Source: a virus (taxonomy: Duplodnaviria > Heunggongvirae > Uroviricota > Caudoviricetes). From it: 40,525 nt of DNA. The translations under genes and the position numbers were made by a program. Below are positions 9,349-19,836 of this stretch, piece after piece (position 1 is the first letter of the stretch; each line of letters opens with the position of its first letter). The notes under the pieces are model-generated. The model was given only the letters and a program-made list of their open reading frames with translations, was not told where the DNA came from and did no database searches. The stretch lies in IMG/VR virus record IMGVR_UViG_2734482565_000012, one strand, 5' to 3'.

Positions 9349-10488
9349 TTAACCAAGAATCAGACAACCATGTGCCGGCTTCACTGATGAAACACCCCAT
9401 GCCAGTCCAACTTCATAGCGCACCTGGCGATACTGACGATACAGTGCAATCTGGAACGTAATCCCTGAAATCGGGTCCGTAACATTCATTACATCATCAG
9501 CATTATCGCCACCTTCCGGCATTGCCGGAGTACGGGATGCCAGCAGAAACGCGTTGCGATCAAACGCCATATTTGCAGTAAAGGCCCCAACAACTGTGAT
9601 GGCAGTATCATCGGCCAGATCCTGACGCAGTCCGGGCGCTGCAAGAGTAATCAGATTGCTGGTCGCTGCTGCCACAACATACTGATTCGGATCACCAGCG
9701 AACGTAACAATCTGACCTGCAGAAATACTCCCCGAACCAGTATCAATGGAAATAAGAACATCGCCTTCTTTTTTCTCTCCATTCACGAGATAACCAGTTG
9801 CAGCAACCTTTGGCGCTCGTTTCACACCTGCCGAACTGTGAATATTGAATCCCTCCAGACGCCCCAACACGCCCTCACGCAGTAGCTGTTCAGTGCCGGA
9901 TTCATTCACTTTAAACAATACAGACTGTTTTCCGCGCAAATTAGCAATGGCAGTGGAGCCAAGCACCATCTGCAGATCGGTTGTCGGTGCGCCGTTATCC
10001 TCCAGAACCTGACGAGCCAGAGCAGCATCAGAAAGATCATCTTTAACACCAAACGGCGTTGTCCCTGCGGTTCCCACGGCGCGGGAAGCACCGAAATACA
10101 ACGCACCAAGATCAGCCTCAACCTCGTTTGCAAGGGCGCGAAAAGCCTGCTTGAACTGATCAGCCAGAATGGTGTTGTAAGTCCCTGAAGGGCCAAGAGC
10201 CAGTTGTTCTTCACCATTCCATTTAACCGGTGCCATTTTGGATTTAGTAATTTTTACATCAACAGTGCCAATATTTTGATCACCGGTATTCGGAGCTGAC
10301 GGCCCCGGTACGATATCTTCGGTTTTCGCCTCAGGCGCAACTGGCGCGGTTACCGTCTGATCTTTTGCTGCGGCGTCAGCTTTTGCGTTTTTTGCTACCG
10401 CAGGGATAAAACCTACCTGCTCACGGGATACAACATCCAGGGCGGTATAAATAGTCGGGATCAACCCGGTCAGGGTATTTCCAGCCAT
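9349..10488 (-). CDS. major capsid protein
   Basis: ORF 9349..10581 trimmed to internal ATG at 10486-10488, which has an AGGAA SD (MAGNTLTGLIPTIY..). 380 aa, between scaffold and connector genes. Confidence 0.8.
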   Translation of the reverse strand: MAGNTLTGLIPTIYTALDVVSREQVGFIPAVAKNAKADAAAKDQTVTAPVAPEAKTEDIVPGPSAPNTGDQNIGTVDVKITKSKMAPVKWNGEEQLALGPSGTYNTILADQFKQAFRALANEVEADLGALYFGASRAVGTAGTTPFGVKDDLSDAALARQVLEDNGAPTTDLQMVLGSTAIANLRGKQSVLFKVNESGTEQLLREGVLGRLEGFNIHSSAGVKRAPKVAATGYLVNGEKKEGDVLISIDTGSGSISAGQIVTFAGDPNQYVVAAATSNLITLAAPGLRQDLADDTAITVVGAFTANMAFDRNAFLLASRTPAMPEGGDNADDVMNVTDPISGITFQIALYRQYRQVRYEVGLAWGVSSVKPAHGCLILG

Positions 10489-10586
10489 AATTAAATATTC
10501 CTTAAAAATTTGCGTAATTGTGAATAGATGGAGTAATGAGCTATCCAGCCCTGACACCAGCTCCCATCCGGAAGCTGACAAATGTG

Positions 10587-11351
10587 TTAATCAACGATTG
10601 TGATACCGTCTTTCAATGCGTTTTGCTTACCTGCAACATCCAGTGCATCAAAAGCAGAGCGTTTCATCGTTTTCTGACCAATATCATGCTGTGTCGGACG
10701 GGAGCCGCCGCCATTGTTGCCACTGGCTTTCAGGATGTAGTCTTTCTGAGGGTAATTTTCGACAAGGAACTCCAGCGCCTCATCAAACTGCGCCAGTTCG
10801 CCAGGCTTCGCGCGGGAATAAATTTTGTTGCCGGAAGCGTCATAAGCAACGATCCTCCCTTCTTCCACTTTGAATGCCTGCCCGAAGCGGGCTTGTAATA
10901 AATCTGCCGGGATCGCAATTTTATCGGCAATATATTTTGAACCCGCAAAACTACCGCCAATCATAGAATCGTAAAGCTGCTTCTCCAGCATCTGAGAGCG
11001 TTGCTTTTCTTCATCTAATTGCTGCTGAAAATTTTTCGTAATTTCTGCCTTAACCTGGTCAACCTGTCCCGCATCGAGCAGCTTTTTCTGGTCGATTTTT
11101 GACAGCATTTCCAGTGCCTCGATCGCCTTCTTCGGGTCTTCGATAGCGGCAAACTTAGCCAGTTTTTCCTCTGCAGCTTCTTTAGCCAGGCGATGATTTT
11201 TTGCCTCGCCATTAAGCTCTGTAATTTTTTTTGTCGCCAGCGGTGCATCGAAGCCAATTTCTTTACCATCGTCGTGCACATAAACTGGCAGGCCAGCAGT
11301 ATCAATTTCTGCGTATTGTTTTCCGTTAATCTCGACCGTTTTCAGTTTCAT
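10587..11351 (-). CDS. scaffolding protein
   Basis: Highly charged alpha-helical protein (EEKQRSQMLEKQLYD, AKEAAEEKLAKFAAIEDPKKAIEALE) directly upstream of capsid; start placed at MKLKTVEING (ORF-track start 11423 is an alternative). Confidence 0.6.
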   Translation of the reverse strand: MKLKTVEINGKQYAEIDTAGLPVYVHDDGKEIGFDAPLATKKITELNGEAKNHRLAKEAAEEKLAKFAAIEDPKKAIEALEMLSKIDQKKLLDAGQVDQVKAEITKNFQQQLDEEKQRSQMLEKQLYDSMIGGSFAGSKYIADKIAIPADLLQARFGQAFKVEEGRIVAYDASGNKIYSRAKPGELAQFDEALEFLVENYPQKDYILKASGNNGGGSRPTQHDIGQKTMKRSAFDALDVAGKQNALKDGITIVD

Positions 11352-11455
11352 ATTAGTACCTGGTTTAAGTCTTCCGACAGTTACGCTGCTCACCATCCGG
11401 ATCGCAGCAATAAAAAAGGCCACCCGAAGGTAGCCTGTTGTAATAAATGATTTAT

Positions 11456-12571
11456 TTAAATCCCTGCTTTTCTGAATACCTGTGCATCACGCTCACGGAG
11501 CTGCTTCAGCGTCAGCCATTCGCCTTTATCGGTGTAAAATTCATCTGGCGACATACCACCATCCCGAATCAGCTTTGCTCGGCTTTCCCCCACAATCTGT
11601 TTTTGTCTGGTGTAAGGCTGACGCAAAAACCATTCCCTGTAGGTTGTATCTCCGGCCACCACGCCATCCATGCTGGCCCGCTCAGCCGGGGAAATATCGC
11701 GAACATCAATACCCAGTTCCTTCGCTGATTTCAGAATGAACGTTTCCGTTGAGCGGCAGCAGAAATGAATTTTTCCCGGCCCCTGCAAATAAGGCACGCT
11801 GTGACCTACAGGTTTATTATTCAGCGTATATTTGAGGCGATCCCTGATTCGACATTGTGGCGTAGTACGATTATCAAGCGTTGATAACCATTGCTTACCC
11901 TTAATCAAATCATTATTCGCGCTGGCAAAACTCTCACGGGCAGTAGCAGCAAGATGTCCAACCGCTGTTTTTGCAATGCTGGCCGCATTAGCCCGGCTCA
12001 TCTGCAATGCACCATCCTGAAATCCCTTACTGACATGTCCCCGAATTTTTCTTGCGATCTGCTCATTGGTATCCCCCAGCAAAAAACCCTGACGCACTGT
12101 ATTTGTTATGCGTCTGAGCCGATCCGCCTCAAGATCTGAGGCCCACTCACTGAGCAGTCGTCCCTGGAATGGTCGCGCCATTGCAGCGGCATAAAGTGCA
12201 TCAGGAGAGATACCAACCAGAGGGTGAACATCAGCAACAAAATCAGGTAGCATAGAATCAAACAGACTTAACTGATAACCAGCCTCATAAATTGCCAGCT
12301 CGTTCAGCTCTCCGGAGAGACTGGTAAACATGCTGTTAATAGCAGTGCGGTTAACCTCTCTGACGCTCGCCAGAAGTGACTCCAGGCGCTTAACGGTAAA
12401 ACTACCTGGATCGAGGCTGTCCAGTGCTATCAGCAGGCGAGCAGTAAGTTCCGCATCGCTGTCATTCAGTATTTTCACCATTCTGGCAGCCACGCCAGTG
12501 CTATAGCGGGATATCCAGACTGCATGAGCAATTGATTCATCACGCAGCCGTTCATTCACGGTTTGCATCAT
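11456..12571 (-). CDS. head morphogenesis protein (phage Mu gpF / SPP1 gp7 family)
   Basis: 371 aa directly downstream of the portal gene with overlapping start and stop; typical minor head protein position. Confidence 0.75.
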   Translation of the reverse strand: MMQTVNERLRDESIAHAVWISRYSTGVAARMVKILNDSDAELTARLLIALDSLDPGSFTVKRLESLLASVREVNRTAINSMFTSLSGELNELAIYEAGYQLSLFDSMLPDFVADVHPLVGISPDALYAAAMARPFQGRLLSEWASDLEADRLRRITNTVRQGFLLGDTNEQIARKIRGHVSKGFQDGALQMSRANAASIAKTAVGHLAATARESFASANNDLIKGKQWLSTLDNRTTPQCRIRDRLKYTLNNKPVGHSVPYLQGPGKIHFCCRSTETFILKSAKELGIDVRDISPAERASMDGVVAGDTTYREWFLRQPYTRQKQIVGESRAKLIRDGGMSPDEFYTDKGEWLTLKQLRERDAQVFRKAGI

Positions 12572-13958
12572 TGATTTCCATCAGCATTACACTCTGATTT
12601 TTTAATTCATCGATCACTTCCTCTGGACGGGAATCCTGATCGATAAATTTCAACGCCTGCAACACCCGAACCGCATCAATCTGACGTATATCACCGCCCT
12701 GACGCAATGACTGAACAGCCAGCGCGGAGGATGAGTCAAACACCTGGGCAGATACATCCAGTTCAGTGCGCACATCCACATTGCCACCGCAACTCTCTCC
12801 GATCCATTCCGCCATTATCTGGAGAATATTATCGAGGGCATCTTCGAGGGAGTTCGCCATTGTATAAAGCGGCGAGTTTTCCTGCATTCGCTCTTCATTA
12901 GTCTGATCAACAGATTTGGTGGATGTATTTTCAGCACGCAGAAGTTTAGCGCCGGCATGACGCATCTGATTTTCCAGCTTCTCAAGTGATGTTTCGCCAG
13001 ATTCTATCGCTGCGCCACTATGTTCAACATATTCGAGGCCATTTTTTGTTCTGTCCTCAAAAATCGTAGCGGTGGATGCACCAACCGTCAGTTCTTCATT
13101 CCTGTCCAGCCCGTAGGCCACCAGCAATGGAACGCGGGCAACATGAAGAATATTGTCCTGCTCGCTCTGGCTTTGCCAGTGCTTGATATTCAGCAAGCCA
13201 AGATTAAGCAATGGCGGTGTACCACGCATAAATCCTGTTTTCTTCGTGTACAGTGTTACCAGAGGAATATCATCACGGCTGGTATTCCATGACTCATGAA
13301 GCGTCCAGACAGATTCGCCATTAGTGCCTTCGCTACGTCGATAAATTTCAACTCGACGGGGCATAATATGGCGGATCTGCTCCACCTTCTTCTGCCCGAA
13401 ATCATCACCATCAATAATGATGACCTCTTTTATACGCAAATCAGTGAGAACAACTTTCCCTTTTTCAACTTTCGATTTCCATCCAATAACCTGGCGTGGA
13501 TTCAGCATCGTAACGTACGGACGACCACCGGTCGCGTTTTCATCGGCTTTTGTCCGAATCTCTTTCATATCCGTTCGTGGATAGTCCACCAGCGCATGTG
13601 CCACACCATACTGAAATGCGAGGCTGAAAAATTGCTGCGCCCACACATCCAGTCGGCTCCCCTCCATGTCGATATTTTCTGCATATTCCCTGATTTTTGC
13701 CGGCGTTTCCTCACTCAATACTGTCGGCTCTGCAAATATGCGCCCAATATTTTGCTTGATGCTTTCTTCATACACAGGAAGTAGCGTAGCCACAGACAGG
13801 CGTTTTTTATAAGCGTCTTCATCTTCGTTAGGCCATTTTGGGAGATAATTTTCCCCCTGCCTGCGCATTTCAAGCGTACCGCCCATCAGTGCGTCGTTAA
13901 TATCCCACGCCTCCAGCATATCGTTATAGTCGAGGTTGGGTGTTGATATATCAGCCAT
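12552..13958 (-). CDS. portal protein
   Basis: 468 aa immediately downstream of TerL; acidic C-terminus; size and synteny. Confidence 0.85.
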   Translation of the reverse strand: MADISTPNLDYNDMLEAWDINDALMGGTLEMRRQGENYLPKWPNEDEDAYKKRLSVATLLPVYEESIKQNIGRIFAEPTVLSEETPAKIREYAENIDMEGSRLDVWAQQFFSLAFQYGVAHALVDYPRTDMKEIRTKADENATGGRPYVTMLNPRQVIGWKSKVEKGKVVLTDLRIKEVIIIDGDDFGQKKVEQIRHIMPRRVEIYRRSEGTNGESVWTLHESWNTSRDDIPLVTLYTKKTGFMRGTPPLLNLGLLNIKHWQSQSEQDNILHVARVPLLVAYGLDRNEELTVGASTATIFEDRTKNGLEYVEHSGAAIESGETSLEKLENQMRHAGAKLLRAENTSTKSVDQTNEERMQENSPLYTMANSLEDALDNILQIMAEWIGESCGGNVDVRTELDVSAQVFDSSSALAVQSLRQGGDIRQIDAVRVLQALKFIDQDSRPEEVIDELKNQSVMLMEINDANRE

Positions 13959-13960
13959 AA

Positions 13961-15271
13961 TTAAATCCGAAGTGATGTGACTCTTCCGGTCGGTTTGACA
14001 ATAGGGAATTGCTTAACGATGAAATAACCTCCGGCATCATTCGGGTGATCATTGCCAGATTTTTTATCAGGCTCCCCCTTCTCATCCCAGACCTGTTGCT
14101 CCAGAGATTCGGCATATAACGGGCAACGCTTCACATTAACTTTATAGCGACGCTCACCATTGGCATTGCAGAACATTGCATTCATTGAGTTAACGCGATC
14201 TTTTACTGGCGGGTTCGAGCTGTTCACCACAACGTTAAAACCAGCCTGCTTAAGCTGGGCTATATCCGTCGTACTTGCGTTACTTGATTTTCTGGAATCC
14301 CCGGAAGCATCTGGATAAATATAAATTTCCCTCACTTTCCGGTAATCATTCCCATCATACAGCCAGAAGCGTTCTTTAATGATGCGGATCATATCCGGCG
14401 TATCGTAGGCATTGATGATTTCAGTTACCGCACATGGAAGCCCCAAACGCAGCACATGGACGATTCCCGCCATCTTTCCAACGTTAAAATCCATCCCAAT
14501 ATAAATCGGCTCCCCTGGCTGCTCCACTTCTTCGCAATTATTCAGTTTCCGGTCAAACTGATGGTAAACAGTACCACTTGTCAGGTTAGTAAACTGTCCT
14601 CGAAGATAGGCTTTAATCAGCTCTGGAGGGTATGATTCAAGAAGCGAAGGAATGTAATCTGCTGGCAGGTTCTTTTCATTATCGAAAGTAGATGCCTGCA
14701 CCAGACCATACAGTGAGGCCAGCTCTGTTTTTTCACGCACGGCTTTAACAAACTGCTCGTAGACAAATTTGAATCCTTCCGGCGTGGTTGTAACGTCAAT
14801 ACCGTTGCGAAGTCCATCAATCTTATAACGCATACGTGCAATTATCTTGCGCCACGCCGTTCTGGCTTTTTCCTTCGGCAAAATGTCCAGTTCATCCACC
14901 AACGCATTACCAATTTTGAAACCGACGATCGTTTGTGGCTTCTCCATCGATCTGCAGATAGTGGTTCCCCGATACTGGCGTCCGTAATAAAAGTGAACCT
15001 CTTTATTTCCCTCATTAATTTTTACGTTCAATCCCCAGTCAGCAGCAACTTCTTCCACTGTAGGGTAAAAAATATCGCGAATTTGGGGATACGTTGGCGC
15101 AAAATATCCCTGATTTATACCTGGATGCTCCCAAATCCCCTTGCATATGCCGCCACACCCAACCCATGTTTTGCCCGAGCCAAAACCAGCAATATAGGCT
15201 TTAAATTTATGGGGCATTGAAAGAAATCGCGCCTGAGGCACATTAAGCGTCGGAGAGATCATCTTCATCAC
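13961..15271 (-). CDS. terminase large subunit
   Basis: 436 aa; Walker A-like AGFGSGKTW near the N-terminus; acidic nuclease-type C-terminal half; overlaps TerS stop. Confidence 0.9.
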   Translation of the reverse strand: MMKMISPTLNVPQARFLSMPHKFKAYIAGFGSGKTWVGCGGICKGIWEHPGINQGYFAPTYPQIRDIFYPTVEEVAADWGLNVKINEGNKEVHFYYGRQYRGTTICRSMEKPQTIVGFKIGNALVDELDILPKEKARTAWRKIIARMRYKIDGLRNGIDVTTTPEGFKFVYEQFVKAVREKTELASLYGLVQASTFDNEKNLPADYIPSLLESYPPELIKAYLRGQFTNLTSGTVYHQFDRKLNNCEEVEQPGEPIYIGMDFNVGKMAGIVHVLRLGLPCAVTEIINAYDTPDMIRIIKERFWLYDGNDYRKVREIYIYPDASGDSRKSSNASTTDIAQLKQAGFNVVVNSSNPPVKDRVNSMNAMFCNANGERRYKVNVKRCPLYAESLEQQVWDEKGEPDKKSGNDHPNDAGGYFIVKQFPIVKPTGRVTSLRI

Positions 15272-16337
15272 TCCTTACTCTGGCATCAACCACATTAATA
15301 TTGATCGCCACAGGCTGGGGATGTTCATTATCTTCCACCGTTTCGATCTCTTTGCGCAGCTTCTGGTTTTCCATTCTGCGCCGTTCAATTTCCAGTTCCC
15401 GTAGCCGCTTATCTGCACATAAAGCCCCGCCAGCAGAAAACAAACGCAACAATTCACGCCGGGCGGCAGCCTTATCCTCCAGCAGGATCTCAACGCCGAA
15501 TTTTCCGAATTTTGCCCCTGCATATAATTGCCGCGCATCCCCATCAAGCAGAGTGGTATCAGCCATATAAAGCTGTCCCGTTCCCTCACCGCAGCACTTC
15601 GGGCAGTCCGGATTGGGTATGGCGTTATCAACAAAGCCGAGGCCTCCATATTCCGGTTCGGGTTTGCCATCTCTGGAAGCCTGCGCCGCTGCCTTGTCGA
15701 ATTCTGCTATATCGCGCCACTGGTAGAGATGATTCTCGCCCCAGCAATAACGGCAGTTAACACGGCGAAATTGTGCAAGCTGATTGGGGTCGGCCAGGAC
15801 AATAGCCATCAACTGACTCACTAGTAAATCCAGGTCTGCGGTATAGCGTTTCTGGTACTGATTGCGGAAGTAGCTGATAGCGCGAAAAACCCTGGCATTT
15901 CTAAGCATACGACTGGCGTTGCTGTTAGCTGTCGCACCTTGCCCCTCATAACCGGCTAGTCGGTACGCCTCTGTCGGCTTTTTACCCTGAGCAACAAGCA
16001 TCGCAAACTTAGCCTGCTGGTCAGAAATGCCGAATTCATCGGGACAGAACGAAAATTCCTCCGCGTCGCCCTCATTCAGGCCCGCATCGAATACTGGCTT
16101 TTTTTCCTGAGATTTTTCGTTCCGCTTTTGTGCAGTCTGCGCAGATTTTTTCTGCGCACTTTTTTGCGCAGTTTTGCACATTTCTGTCTGCGCATTTTTC
16201 GGAGTTTTTTTGATGTAACGACGGGCTGTTGCGTAATTCAGTCCCCTTGCTTCACACCATGCCACCGGAGATATACCGGAGCGGGTGTATTCAGCAATAT
16301 ACTCCTGCTGCAACGCCCCCCAGTCCGGTCTGCTCAT
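15243..16337 (-). CDS. terminase small subunit (HTH N-terminus, Terminase_2-like core, Cys-rich C-terminus)
   Basis: 364 aa; segment KFAMLVAQGKKPTEAYRLAGYEGQGATANSNASRMLRNARV resembles the TerS family signature as recalled; directly upstream of TerL. Confidence 0.7.
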   Translation of the reverse strand: MSRPDWGALQQEYIAEYTRSGISPVAWCEARGLNYATARRYIKKTPKNAQTEMCKTAQKSAQKKSAQTAQKRNEKSQEKKPVFDAGLNEGDAEEFSFCPDEFGISDQQAKFAMLVAQGKKPTEAYRLAGYEGQGATANSNASRMLRNARVFRAISYFRNQYQKRYTADLDLLVSQLMAIVLADPNQLAQFRRVNCRYCWGENHLYQWRDIAEFDKAAAQASRDGKPEPEYGGLGFVDNAIPNPDCPKCCGEGTGQLYMADTTLLDGDARQLYAGAKFGKFGVEILLEDKAAARRELLRLFSAGGALCADKRLRELEIERRRMENQKLRKEIETVEDNEHPQPVAININVVDARVRSDEDDLSDA

Positions 16338-16340
16338 CAG

Positions 16341-16592
16341 TTAGTCCTGATTTTTATCCACCCTGAGTAGTTCGCGCAGAGCAAAGGCATCCCCTTTTCT
16401 GGCAAGCTTAAACAATGCCGCTCGTAACTCGGCTTCACCTTTCGCTCTGCCCTTACGGATGGCCGCATAAAAATCTGTCATTGCTTCCCGATTTTCTTTC
16501 AGTCGGTTCAGATCAACATCCAGAACGTCAGCGATTTGTTGTGCAGTCATCCGGCACGCTGCCAGAGACTCGACTTTCGAATACGGAATCAT
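16341..16592 (-). CDS. small HTH-like protein upstream of terminase (function unknown)
   Basis: 83 aa (..MTAQQIADVLDVDLNRLKENREAMTDFYAAIRKGRAKGEAELRAAL..); overlaps the end of the upstream ORF, so the true start may be internal. Confidence 0.4.
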   Translation of the reverse strand: MIPYSKVESLAACRMTAQQIADVLDVDLNRLKENREAMTDFYAAIRKGRAKGEAELRAALFKLARKGDAFALRELLRVDKNQD

Positions 16593-17478
16593 TTGTCACC
16601 CCCATTGATATGCAGGGTGTCTTCTTCCTGTATTTTTCGTGAAGGATTTTTACTGCAGCGTTGTTCCAGGTGACCTGATGGTGAATGCGTTTATGACTGG
16701 CACCCATAAGTGAGATTTTTACGCACGACGGCGCATACATGACGGAGTAAAAACTTTTAACGTAGGTTCCGGAATCCAGATACAGCTCGGTCATTCCGCC
16801 GCTGTTTTTCTGCGTCTGTTTCTGCCCTAACTGGACAGCACCGATCGTCATAAACAATTCACCACAGCGACCGAGATTCGTGTACGTATTCACATCCTCG
16901 TTAATGCGCCCCATGAATGAGAACGGTCGATCAACCGAACAGATAAAGCTGTTCATTGCCTTGCGTTTCACCCACGAAGCATGGCCGCCATTGTCACCAA
17001 GAAAATCCCCGCCCTGCGACATAGCGATGGAAAGAGCAGGTATTGATTCGTAGTACGCAAGCATTTCAGAAAGGATCTCATCCAGTTTCCTTATCGGGAA
17101 ATAGGCCTGGTCATAGTTGCGATCCACCCGAAACTGGAACTCGTGATAATCATCATCGAGCTGAATGAAGTATTTACACCCGACCAGTTTTGCCTGGTCG
17201 AAACAGGCATTACGGGCGTAAAAAATTGAGCGGCGGTCACTAAAATTATCGGCTTCGTCAAAACGACTAGCAATATCGGCTTTGGAAAATACCAGCACCT
17301 GTTCACCAAATTCAGCCATGTACTGATGCCGTGTCTTATCTTCATCATCAACAACGATAAAAATTTTCCCGGTATAGCCAGCACGACGCAACGTCCGGTA
17401 AGTCAGAACTTTGTCCGGTCGCCCGTGAGTCAGAATAAAGGCGCAAAAATCATCACGCATATTCCTCCTCCCCGCCAT
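16528..17478 (-). CDS. hypothetical protein with GT-A-fold glycosyltransferase-like motifs
   Basis: 316 aa; N-terminal FCAFILTHGRPD, then IFIVVDDEDKT, then QLDDDY (DxD-like) at GT2-like spacing; no predicted TM segment. Assignment is by motif only. Confidence 0.45.
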   Translation of the reverse strand: MAGRRNMRDDFCAFILTHGRPDKVLTYRTLRRAGYTGKIFIVVDDEDKTRHQYMAEFGEQVLVFSKADIASRFDEADNFSDRRSIFYARNACFDQAKLVGCKYFIQLDDDYHEFQFRVDRNYDQAYFPIRKLDEILSEMLAYYESIPALSIAMSQGGDFLGDNGGHASWVKRKAMNSFICSVDRPFSFMGRINEDVNTYTNLGRCGELFMTIGAVQLGQKQTQKNSGGMTELYLDSGTYVKSFYSVMYAPSCVKISLMGASHKRIHHQVTWNNAAVKILHEKYRKKTPCISMGVTNDSVFESRVSGSVPDDCTTNR

Positions 17479-18241
17479 GCATGATCTCCACCATGCGCTG
17501 CGTCATTCGGACAAATCCATTTTCAATAGCCTGCTGATAATCAATGATCACCAGCGCCGACTCCTCGAAAAGGCACTGAATTTCAGCGGGGGCATGAGCG
17601 TAATAGTCCGCAATTCTGCTGAAATTAAACACCGTGTGACGTTCTGCTGCACACAGGAGGAATTTCTCAATATCAGGATCAAGGGACGCCGAACGTATCC
17701 GGCTGATCAGCTCCTGAGTTTTCGTATCGTCGTACAGTTCACTGATATCCGGTTTACCGCCTGACGGCTCATAAACAGGCGTATCAATTTTCGTCGTATA
17801 CGGCTCCTCCTCATTTCCTGTACCGGGCAAAACATCCGTCAACAGTTCATCAATTTCTGCCGGGATGAAGCCTGTCAGGGAGACATCAAAATCAGCATTG
17901 ATTAGGTCCGACAGCTCCATCCGCAACAGATCTTCATCCCAGCCAGCATTCATCGGCAGGCGATTATCTGCCAGGCGGTACGCCTTTTTCTGCTCATCCG
18001 TCAGGCCAGACAGAACAATGACCGGAACAGAATCCATTTTGAGCATTTCAGCCGCCATAACACGACCGTGACCCGCAATAATTTCGCCCTTTTCGTCAAT
18101 CAGCACCGGATTAGTCCAGCCGAATTGCTTAATACTTTCTACCAGTTGTGCCACCTGCTCAGTACTGTGCGTCCTGGCGTTGTGCGCATACGGTGACAAT
18201 TCTTGTAATGGGCGATAGACTATCTTTAATTTCTCGCTCAT
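17453..18241 (-). CDS. ParB N-terminal (ParB/Srx nuclease-like) domain protein
   Basis: 262 aa; KIVYRPLQELSPYAHNARTHS..NPVLID..GEIIAGHGRVMAA is the ParB-like nuclease-domain signature; acidic C-terminal half. Confidence 0.85.
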   Translation of the reverse strand: MSEKLKIVYRPLQELSPYAHNARTHSTEQVAQLVESIKQFGWTNPVLIDEKGEIIAGHGRVMAAEMLKMDSVPVIVLSGLTDEQKKAYRLADNRLPMNAGWDEDLLRMELSDLINADFDVSLTGFIPAEIDELLTDVLPGTGNEEEPYTTKIDTPVYEPSGGKPDISELYDDTKTQELISRIRSASLDPDIEKFLLCAAERHTVFNFSRIADYYAHAPAEIQCLFEESALVIIDYQQAIENGFVRMTQRMVEIMHGGEEEYA

Positions 18242-18378
18242 ACAGCCTTGCTTTATGAATAAAACGCACCCCAGCAGCCAGTGCTACTGGGGGCGGAGGT
18301 GTTGCTGGTAAAGTTAGGTATTGGATCAATGAGTGAGTCAACATAATATTAAACTCACAATTATAAATCAGCCATATA

Positions 18379-19836
18379 TTAGGAGCGCCAAAAAAAACCT
18401 GAAAACAATATAATAACAGGATAAATTTCAAGGCGACCAAGAATCATAGCTATGCACATTAAATATTTTGCAATGTCATTAAGCACTCCGAATGACGATG
18501 CAGTAGCCCCAAAACCTAATCCCATATTATTAATACATGCAGCCACTGTTGCAAATGATGTAAGAAAATCATATCCCATACCATTTAACACCAGTATAAA
18601 AAACACCGTGAAGAGAGTATAAAGAAAAAAGAAACTCCATACAGACCTCATTACACGATCTGTAACTATCTTCCCTCCTACATTTACACTCAACAACGCT
18701 CTGGGATGAGAAAGCTGATTTATCTCGTGTTTGCTTTGTTTGAAAAGTATAAGAAATCGAAGTGACTTAATTCCACCACAGGTTGAACCTATACATCCCC
18801 CAAAGAAACTTGACAACAGCAAAAACACTATCGTGTGCGTGGGCCAGTTTGCATAATCCTGCGTAGCTAAACCATTATCAGTGAGCATGGAGCTGGCAAG
18901 AAAAAACGAATGAATAAAACTTCCATGCAAGTCATACATACCTATATGCCAGACCTGGAAAGAGGTAACAATGATCACCCCTAAGGCTATTAACAGAAAG
19001 AAACGAAGTTCAATATCTCTGATTAAAGGTTTTATCGTTTTTCTGCTAATAACAATATACCAAAGAGTGAAGTTGAAAGCCGATAGCAGGGAAAAAGAAC
19101 CAGCCACCAGCTCAACCAAATAGTTATTAAAATATCCGATACTCTCGCTATGAGTTGAGAAACCACCAAGCGAAACTGTGGAAATCCCGTGACAAATAGC
19201 ATCAAACAAAGGCATTCCTGCAAGTCTATAACAGACAATACAAGCAATACCTAATAAAGAATAAGTTATCCACAGTGTCCGTGACGTATCGGCCAGGCGG
19301 GGAGTGAGTTTGTCATCCTTAAATGGCCCCGGCATTTCTGACTGATAAAGCTTTGCACCACCAATACCCAATAATGGCAATACTGCAACCGCCAGAACAA
19401 TAACTCCTAAACCACCTATAAAATTTAACTGTGACCGATAGTACAAATATGCCCGAGGTAATGAACTAACATCATCAATTACAGTTGCTCCTGTTGTTGT
19501 TATTCCAGAAACCCCTTCAAACAGAGCATCAATGAACGTTAAATTAAGTTCTGAGTCAATCCATAAAGGGAATGCACTAATAACAGAAAACAAAATCCAA
19601 AACATTACAATTATAATAAACCCATCACGGGTACGTAATTGAATGCCAGATTTCTTAGTTGTATACCACGCTCCGCCACCAATGCAAAAAAATATAACGA
19701 AAGTTATAAAGAAAACGAACAGGCTTTTTTCTTTATAAAACAATGCTACAACCATTGGTGGCAACATTGAAAGACTATAGAGCCAAACCAGGAACCCACA
19801 CATATGAGTAACAACTCTTACATGAGATGTATTCAT
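18379..19836 (-). CDS. trkG: TrkG potassium uptake protein (Trk/Ktr family membrane subunit)
   Basis: 485 aa from MNTSHVRVVTHMCGFLVWLYSL.. (ORF track starts 6 codons earlier); near-identical to Rac-encoded TrkG of E. coli as recalled; AT-rich codon usage; multi-pass membrane protein. Confidence 0.9.
   Translation of the reverse strand: MNTSHVRVVTHMCGFLVWLYSLSMLPPMVVALFYKEKSLFVFFITFVIFFCIGGGAWYTTKKSGIQLRTRDGFIIIVMFWILFSVISAFPLWIDSELNLTFIDALFEGVSGITTTGATVIDDVSSLPRAYLYYRSQLNFIGGLGVIVLAVAVLPLLGIGGAKLYQSEMPGPFKDDKLTPRLADTSRTLWITYSLLGIACIVCYRLAGMPLFDAICHGISTVSLGGFSTHSESIGYFNNYLVELVAGSFSLLSAFNFTLWYIVISRKTIKPLIRDIELRFFLLIALGVIIVTSFQVWHIGMYDLHGSFIHSFFLASSMLTDNGLATQDYANWPTHTIVFLLLSSFFGGCIGSTCGGIKSLRFLILFKQSKHEINQLSHPRALLSVNVGGKIVTDRVMRSVWSFFFLYTLFTVFFILVLNGMGYDFLTSFATVAACINNMGLGFGATASSFGVLNDIAKYLMCIAMILGRLEIYPVIILFSGFFWRS

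Noticed and set aside
10536-11450. Plus-strand ORFs opposite the scaffold gene (10536..10898, 10616..10873, 11193..11450)
   Set aside because: Antisense to the scaffold and capsid-start region; no start context; likely chance ORFs.
15275-16370. Alternative-frame ORFs inside the TerS gene (15275..15670, 15301..15570, 15512..15824, 16128..16370)
   Set aside because: Nested in TerS on either strand; no independent support.
18159-18440. 93-aa ORF spanning the trkG stop and the ParB-like start
   Set aside because: Overlaps two confidently assigned genes and the spacer between them; proline/hydrophobic junk translation.
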